DNA of 60,583 nt, the filler included, from Stramenopiles sp. TOSAG23-2 (lineage: Eukaryota): assembly GCA_900128395.1 (NCBI GenBank). It is 12 parts of 12 records of this genome, joined end to end, with 100 filler letters (N's around TTAATTAATTAA, not from the genome) between each part and the next. Parts side by side here need not be neighbours in the genome. Positions count along the whole stretch, not along the records: positions 54,432 to 60,583 come from LT650510.1; 11 more parts are not named here. The stretch is one strand, 5' to 3'. Below the pieces are notes generated by a model. It saw only the letters and a program-made list of their open reading frames with translations. It searched no databases and was not told the DNA's origin. The position numbers and the translations under genes were made by a program. This document shows positions 54,480 to 60,583 of this stretch, piece by piece. Numbering within the stretch: position 1 is the stretch's first letter; every line of letters starts with the position of its first letter.

Positions 54480-57015
54480 ATCCAATTCTAGATTTTTAAA
54501 ATCAAAAGAACATATACCACCATCCAATAATAATGATGATTCAAATAATAATAATAACAACACTTTTAGACGATATTCATCACGACATAATATGTTGAAA
54601 AATAAAACAAAATCACGACATATTTTGACACATCAAGCAACGCACCATCTTATTGAACGTGCATACCATTCCAAGCGATATGAGGATATGGTACGTTTAA
54701 ATAGATTAAGTTTAAAACGATGGTTAGGCCATTCAGAATATGTTGGTCATAGACAAGGGTGGAAAGATTATCAACATATATTAATATCGTCGTCATGGCC
54801 AAAACTTATTTTCATTGTTACATTTTTTACTGCTATATTTGTCATGTTCTTTACCATATTGTTTGTTTACGTTGAACCAAATATTGTTGGAGATAACTTT
54901 TGGAATGCATGGAATTTAAGTATACAAACGTTTTTAACGATTGGTTATGGATCAATAGCACCTGAAACAGATTTAGGAAATATACTTGTATATTTTGAAG
55001 TGACTTTATCAACTGCTATTTGTGCTATATTTACTGGATTGGTGTTTTTGAAATTCTCCAAAGCAAAAGCACCAATTTTATTTGCTAACAAAGCAGTTGT
55101 TACAAATAATAGCAATGGGGAACCAATATTAAAAATTCGTTGTTGTTTAAGTAGGGCAGGTGCATTGTTATTGTTACCACAATATGAAATGAATTTAATA
55201 ATGGTGGAAGAATCATATGAAGGTGGAAGAATGATACGATTACGCAAGTTAGAATTAGAACGATCAGAAGGTGTTGTATTGAATGCTAATTTTAATTTAG
55301 TGCATGATTTAACCTCGGAAAGTCCATTACGAAAGCATTGGACAACATTATACAATGCACATAGAAACAATATTGAAATAACACCTGCAAAATTATCATT
55401 TGCATTATTAATTTCTATCGAAGGCGTAGAAATGACATTTCAAACAAGTGTTTTCCACCAACATTTCATCTATCCACATGATTTAGAATTTGATGCGGAA
55501 TATGGTGATATGATATCAATGAATGCAAATGATCTTGGTCATCCAACTATGGAAGTGTTGAAATTATTTGATTTAATTGCAAGTAAATATCCATTGACTG
55601 ATCCTGATATTAAATCAATACCTGGCATTATTAAAAACAGCCATCATAACCATACAAAAGAGACACCATCAATAAATCAAAGATTATCAATAGAGGAAGA
55701 AATAAAACAGGAAGAAGATGATGAAAACGCTTTGCTTCAAGTGTTAGGATCAGCAAGTATCGATAATTCTACTGATAACAACAACAACAACAATAATGGA
55801 AAAATGAAGAAGAAAAAAATAGCGGAAGTAGTAAATAAACAAATAGAAAAATCAAATATTGCTTCTTCTTTTTGTTGTTGTTCGAAAAATATAGAAACTT
55901 ATGGCAGTCATGATAGTCATACCGTGAATATCATATCTGGCTCTTGTACTGAAATTATGTGCCATTGTTCAACATATTATTGGTCTAGTTTAAGATCTAG
56001 TATTGGCATGGTATTTTGTTTAATGTTTTTATTGTATACTGCTTTAACGCTTATATTTGCGTTGTTTATTATGATTGATCAAGAAAATCCATTTGTGTTT
56101 GATACAGTTGCTTCAATTGACGCAAATAATTGCACTGTTTCAAATCAAATACGTAGTACGAAACCAATCGAGTTTTCAACAGCATTTTATTTTGCTACGC
56201 AAACATTAAGTTCTGTTGGATATGGTGTTTTATCACCAAGTACGGATTATTCTCATGTCATTGTCACAGTGTTAGGATTTGCCGGGTTTTTAATTATATC
56301 TGCCATATCTGGTATTATATGGAGTCGTTTTGCAAAACCTGATATACCATTACGATTTTCTAACAATCTAGTTGTTACTAATTGGAATGGAGAAAGAGTG
56401 TTAATGATTCGATTAGCTGGATTATTTCCATCTCGCCCAATCATGAAACTTGCGTTGACAGGAAACGTAGTTCTTAAGAAGCCTGGGTTCAACTATTTTA
56501 AATCATACCCATTGAAATTTGTTAGGGAGACAAATCCAATTTTTAAATTACCAGGTACTTGGATGCATGTGATTGATTCATCTAGTCCAATGTATCATGT
56601 TCGAGAAAAAAGTTTATTAACAAAAGACCCTATTTTCCTTACATTTGCAGCGGAAGGATACGATACAGCATTTGAAACAAGTGTTTACAAATCGGCTTCT
56701 TATACAAAACATGATTTGAGATATGACTATCACTTTAAAGATGTAATATCGTTTAATAACACAAAGATACATGTTCATATGGAACATTTTGATACATTGC
56801 ATAGAGATGCATGTAGTTTTGCTACATATTTTCTTGTAAAAAGTTATTTTAGTAGAGAACGGAAACGAATTCGAAGTAAAAATGGAAGAAGTACGAGTAT
56901 CAAGATTGGCAATAAGGAGAAGAAAGTCACCCCCGCTCGTACGACTCGTACTAAAAAAAATTCACGGACTGCATTAGAAATAAATAGTGTGAATGATGTT
57001 AATGTGGGAGTTTGA
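54480..57015 (+). CDS. Tandem (two-domain) inward-rectifier K+ channel, true start uncertain
   Basis: Two Kir modules: QTFLTIGYG (filter at 54937-54951)...KFSK...LFANKAVV, and QTLSSVGYG (56212-56226)...RFAKP...FSNNLVV...WMHVIDSSSPM. First ATG at 54592; 54432-54479 duplicates 58371-58418. Confidence 0.9.
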
Positions 57016-57098
57016 TTATTTATAAATATATATACACGAGCATAGTTCATTTTTTTTTATATGATATTTTTCAATTTTTTTATGTGCCCCATGCAATA

Positions 57099-60000
57099 TT
57101 AATCTGCTGGCCTTACATATGTCGTTACACCCGTTTCTGCATTGTGATAATATTCCATCTTTTTATCATCATCATAATGACGTGTCCAACCACTTGGTAA
57201 TCGAACGCCTGCTTCATCAAAATTTGAATCTAATTTTGAATCCAATTTAATCACACCGTATGGTGAAATTGCAGCAGTTTTAAACACAAGTGCTTCTTGT
57301 AAAATGGATGATATTAAATCAACAAATGTGCTGAAATTCATTGGATCGCGTGTAGTTGATGAAAATGCAGATTTCATAATCACATTTAATAAATATGTAT
57401 CGTCAAGCACTGGTAATACTTCTGTTATTTCTGCTTTTATTACACCAGGTTTGGACCAAATATTTTGCATGACATGTGTCATGCGTTCAACGATAGGTCT
57501 TAAATTTCCCAATTCAATTTCATAATTCAATTGTTCCAACTGACGATCTATCGCTTTTAATTCACCAAATCTCGCTGCTTTTGCTTCAGTTAATATTTTT
57601 TTCTTCTCCATGCATACTTCAATTGAATCATCCAATTCATTTCTACAACGTTTCACATCGATTTCTGCACCAACCATATTGTCCTCTAATCCTTTACATT
57701 CCGTATCAATACTTTCTAATAGATTGATACGTTCCGTTAACCGTGTGATTATGGAATTATGCTCCCGGACTTCATCATTTTCCTCCCCATCCAGTACTTC
57801 TAATTTTTCCTCAAACCATTCTTGTACAATACGCATTGTTGTATTGATATCTTCTGCAACCATCACACTGTTAATTTTACCACGTTTCAATTCAATCGCA
57901 TTTTCTTGTTTGAAAATACTTTTTAATTTAAAATCATATTCAGCTAATATTTTAATAGCATTCGCACTTTCATTGCCTTGATCTTCCACATCATCAACAT
58001 GTACAATTTTACGTCTTCGTGGTGGTGGTCTCATTACGACATCATCTGCATAATTTTTTTTCATCACAATCGCACCACGTTTCTCTGTAAAGACGGCAAG
58101 CCTGCGTGCCCTTCGTGCATTTCTATGTTCAACTTGATCTTTATTATCTACTAACTCTTCCCGCATGGCCGTTATTCCACCCTTGCGTCGTGTGTATCCT
58201 GCTCTAGCAGCTGCTCGTTCAATCCCACGTTTTAAACGATTTAAACGAGATCGAGCATCGTAAAACATCTCCCGTTTTTCCCGTTCGATTAAACCGACTT
58301 GATCATATTCTTGCCTGTGGAATCCTACGATCGAATCATGCATTTTTTTCGTATTTGCACGTTTTATCTCAATAAATTGACCTTCCTCCGTTAAATCGTT
58401 GGAAACTTTTTCCATTTTTTCCAATATATCATGTGTTTTATTTTCATCATCAAACCCACCAGATGCAATCATGTCGCATACATCGTCATAAAATGCAGAA
58501 TCGGCTAATTTCTCCTCTTGTATGTAATGTTTTCGGTATGCCAAGACTAACTCGTTCCCGGTAATATCAGACTCATGCAACGAATTGGTAAATGTACGGT
58601 TTAACCATCGCATTAATTTCTCTGCGCGGTGTAAAATTAATCCCCGCCATGAACGATCGCAATCAAACGGGATTATATCCCTCCACCAATTAGCAATACG
58701 ATCGTTTTCCTTGTCTTTTTCCACTGGTTTATCGAAATCCCCTACTTTAATGGAGTCTTCTGTTATAATGGATGTTTCAAATAAATTACTTGGTGTTTTT
58801 GTTCCTGGTTTTCTATTTTCATCTTTTTCCACTTTCACCACACCATAATTACGATAAAATGTTCGATACATTGGCACACGGATATATTGACCATCTGGGC
58901 CAAATGAGACTTCTTTCTCTGGCAAACCACCATGCGCAATTCCCGTCAATGGCCCAAATGCAACTTGCCGTATAGTTTTCCCAGTATTAATATCACGAAG
59001 CAATGATTCGCCAGCAGCTGCTATGAACGATGTACCAGTCACAAATTGCACATCACGATTTGATTTTGCACTTCTCCATTTAAAAAATGTGTCTAATAAA
59101 CGCACAAATTCATCATCGCGACAGGACCACTCATCGTTTTTCCAAGTCCGCTCATGCAATGATGCAACTTCCTCCACCTCCGCCGGGGTACGGCCTGTAA
59201 ATGGCATGTCCATGCATACAATTAATGATTCTAAATCTTCGTTCCATTGAAACAAGTCTTTTAAGAACTTCCATTGATCCGTTGATATTAGTGGTTTATC
59301 AGGATGAAAACGCCCATCTACCGTTATACGATTGCTCCATGTATCCATCAAAATTAAACATGTAGTGCCAAAACGATGGAATCGCGCTTCATGCCCATTA
59401 AAAAATCCACGTTTATCCAACTCTGAACTTAATTTTTCATCCTTTGGATTAAATCCTTCTTCAGTATCATTAGCAACTTCGATATCCCACAGTTGACGTT
59501 GATATTGACGATAAATTTTTCTAGAAATGCGCAATAATATTGGAGTATACAATTTTTCGTTTACGCTGCTGCAGAGATCGCATCCACCCAATACCATATA
59601 TTGTGGACAATGTGCTAAGACTTCTTTGATATATGGTCGATTCCACGCATCACGATATGCTTTACGAAAAGTTTCTTCAATTTGATCTTCTACATGTTTC
59701 ACATTTTGCACGATTTCATGTATTGGATCCGGTAATTTTCCTTTGTCGCTTGTCATCGTGTTGCCACTGCCTGCTGAATCCCACAACGGACCACGTGCTA
59801 ATGCAACGCAAGCTCTGTTTTCATCCGTATCGCGTCTAAACAACCCAGTCCCATCCCGCGTCGCTAATTTATATGCATGCAACAGTTCAAAATCATGATG
59901 GTAACTTTCCAACAACGTATTTAACCTCGATGCAAATTTTCGTAAATCTATTTGCCCACCTAACCGTATCATTCCATCAGCCCCAGACCATTGTTTACAT

Positions 60001-60581
60001 ATTTGATCTTTCCATATAGATTCCCAAGTACCTATTCTACTTTTCATGGTTAAACTTGGTGAATCAGCACTACCAGCTAAGAAACGAAAATTTATTGGGT
60101 TTTCATTTAAAGTGGTAAAACCACCACGTCTATCTACGGCATTGGAAACACCATCAAAACGTATGGAATATCGAGTGCCAGGTTTTAAATCATTAATATG
60201 AAACGAGAGTGGTTTGTTTTTTGGAAAATGCATTGTTTGCAATCTACGTTCCGATGTTGTAACGTTCATTACTACGCATGTTACAGGGCCGGAACGATCG
60301 ATTTCTAACATGATAATTGCAGTTGTAGATGTTACTACACCAATGACAGGACCTAATATAACTTTTGGATTTGGACCATGTGAATATTCATAAGTAATCT
60401 GTGCCCTTGCACCTACATATTGTTCTTTTTTAAGGTCCATCGTAGCCCCTGTTCCATGATGAAACTTTTTTTCCCGCTTTAAACCACAAAACATTCTAAA
60501 TATTAAGTAATTTCGTCTATCCCATATTTGCGGTTCTATCCAATCAATTGAAGGTATTTTATCGTTTGGCGTTCCTCCAAT
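57099..60581 (-). CDS. PhoD-like (alkaline phosphatase D fold, degenerate) + coiled coil + C-terminal WW protein (5' partial)
   Basis: FN3-like GPVIGVVT...LKPGTRYSI; PhoD-like FRKAYRDAW..P...VLAHCPQYMV, LMDT, LISTDQW, RNYG; WW LPSGWTRHYDDDKKMEYYHNAETGVTTYVRP. Frame is open to the window end. Confidence 0.78.
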   Translation of the reverse strand: MGGTPNDKIPSIDWIEPQIWDRRNYLIFRMFCGLKREKKFHHGTGATMDLKKEQYVGARAQITYEYSHGPNPKVILGPVIGVVTSTTAIIMLEIDRSGPVTCVVMNVTTSERRLQTMHFPKNKPLSFHINDLKPGTRYSIRFDGVSNAVDRRGGFTTLNENPINFRFLAGSADSPSLTMKSRIGTWESIWKDQICKQWSGADGMIRLGGQIDLRKFASRLNTLLESYHHDFELLHAYKLATRDGTGLFRRDTDENRACVALARGPLWDSAGSGNTMTSDKGKLPDPIHEIVQNVKHVEDQIEETFRKAYRDAWNRPYIKEVLAHCPQYMVLGGCDLCSSVNEKLYTPILLRISRKIYRQYQRQLWDIEVANDTEEGFNPKDEKLSSELDKRGFFNGHEARFHRFGTTCLILMDTWSNRITVDGRFHPDKPLISTDQWKFLKDLFQWNEDLESLIVCMDMPFTGRTPAEVEEVASLHERTWKNDEWSCRDDEFVRLLDTFFKWRSAKSNRDVQFVTGTSFIAAAGESLLRDINTGKTIRQVAFGPLTGIAHGGLPEKEVSFGPDGQYIRVPMYRTFYRNYGVVKVEKDENRKPGTKTPSNLFETSIITEDSIKVGDFDKPVEKDKENDRIANWWRDIIPFDCDRSWRGLILHRAEKLMRWLNRTFTNSLHESDITGNELVLAYRKHYIQEEKLADSAFYDDVCDMIASGGFDDENKTHDILEKMEKVSNDLTEEGQFIEIKRANTKKMHDSIVGFHRQEYDQVGLIEREKREMFYDARSRLNRLKRGIERAAARAGYTRRKGGITAMREELVDNKDQVEHRNARRARRLAVFTEKRGAIVMKKNYADDVVMRPPPRRRKIVHVDDVEDQGNESANAIKILAEYDFKLKSIFKQENAIELKRGKINSVMVAEDINTTMRIVQEWFEEKLEVLDGEENDEVREHNSIITRLTERINLLESIDTECKGLEDNMVGAEIDVKRCRNELDDSIEVCMEKKKILTEAKAARFGELKAIDRQLEQLNYEIELGNLRPIVERMTHVMQNIWSKPGVIKAEITEVLPVLDDTYLLNVIMKSAFSSTTRDPMNFSTFVDLISSILQEALVFKTAAISPYGVIKLDSKLDSNFDEAGVRLPSGWTRHYDDDKKMEYYHNAETGVTTYVRPAD

Positions 60582-60583
60582 TG

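Noticed and set aside
1-60583. Functional gene cluster spanning the window (e.g. peroxisomal or lipid pathway)
   Set aside because: The genes sit on separate, artificially concatenated contigs of similar length; cross-contig adjacency is meaningless.
1-60583. tRNA, rRNA, telomeric repeats, alternative genetic code
   Set aside because: None recognised by eye. Conserved genes translate with the standard code and end in TAA or TAG, and long ORFs also end in TGA. A covariance-model scan was not possible.

Overview
AT-rich eukaryotic genomic DNA, not a continuous locus. Twelve unrelated contigs (three of 1291 bp, nine of 6152-6206 bp) are joined by 100-bp N44-TTAATTAATTAA-N44 spacers, so gene neighbourhood only means something within a contig. 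Genes are compact and almost intronless (one clear GT-AG intron), with poly-Asn/Lys tracts and (TA)n/(CA)n/(GA)n spacers. This fits a protist, possibly a stramenopile (weak inference). Exact 55-nt end overlaps, inversions and many short tandem duplications point to an amplified single-cell or pooled assembly with chimeras. Recognisable genes: CRAL-TRIO protein, SNF2 remodeller, epoxide hydrolase, GT29 sialyltransferase-like protein, DUF4116-repeat protein, Cof-type HAD hydrolase, EamA/DMT transporter, PhyH dioxygenase, U-box-vWA-Hint (Vint), SPRY protein, SDR, OGG1, prefoldin 3, GAR1, uS15, pelota, tandem Kir channel and a PhoD-like WW protein. Most notable: (1) a decayed CRE-like RLE non-LTR retrotransposon, whose RT fragment is absent from the ORF track, linked to a dispersed ~100-200-bp repeat with strand-specific covarying hairpins found downstream of gene 3' ends; (2) a SNF2 ATPase with PDZ, HMG, PHD, LysM-like and RanBP2 modules; (3) a two-domain Kir channel with asymmetric filters; (4) a tandem GT29 with one apparently dead domain; (5) a membrane-anchored DUF4116 array with hypervariable loops; (6) an autoprocessing Vint ubiquitin ligase.
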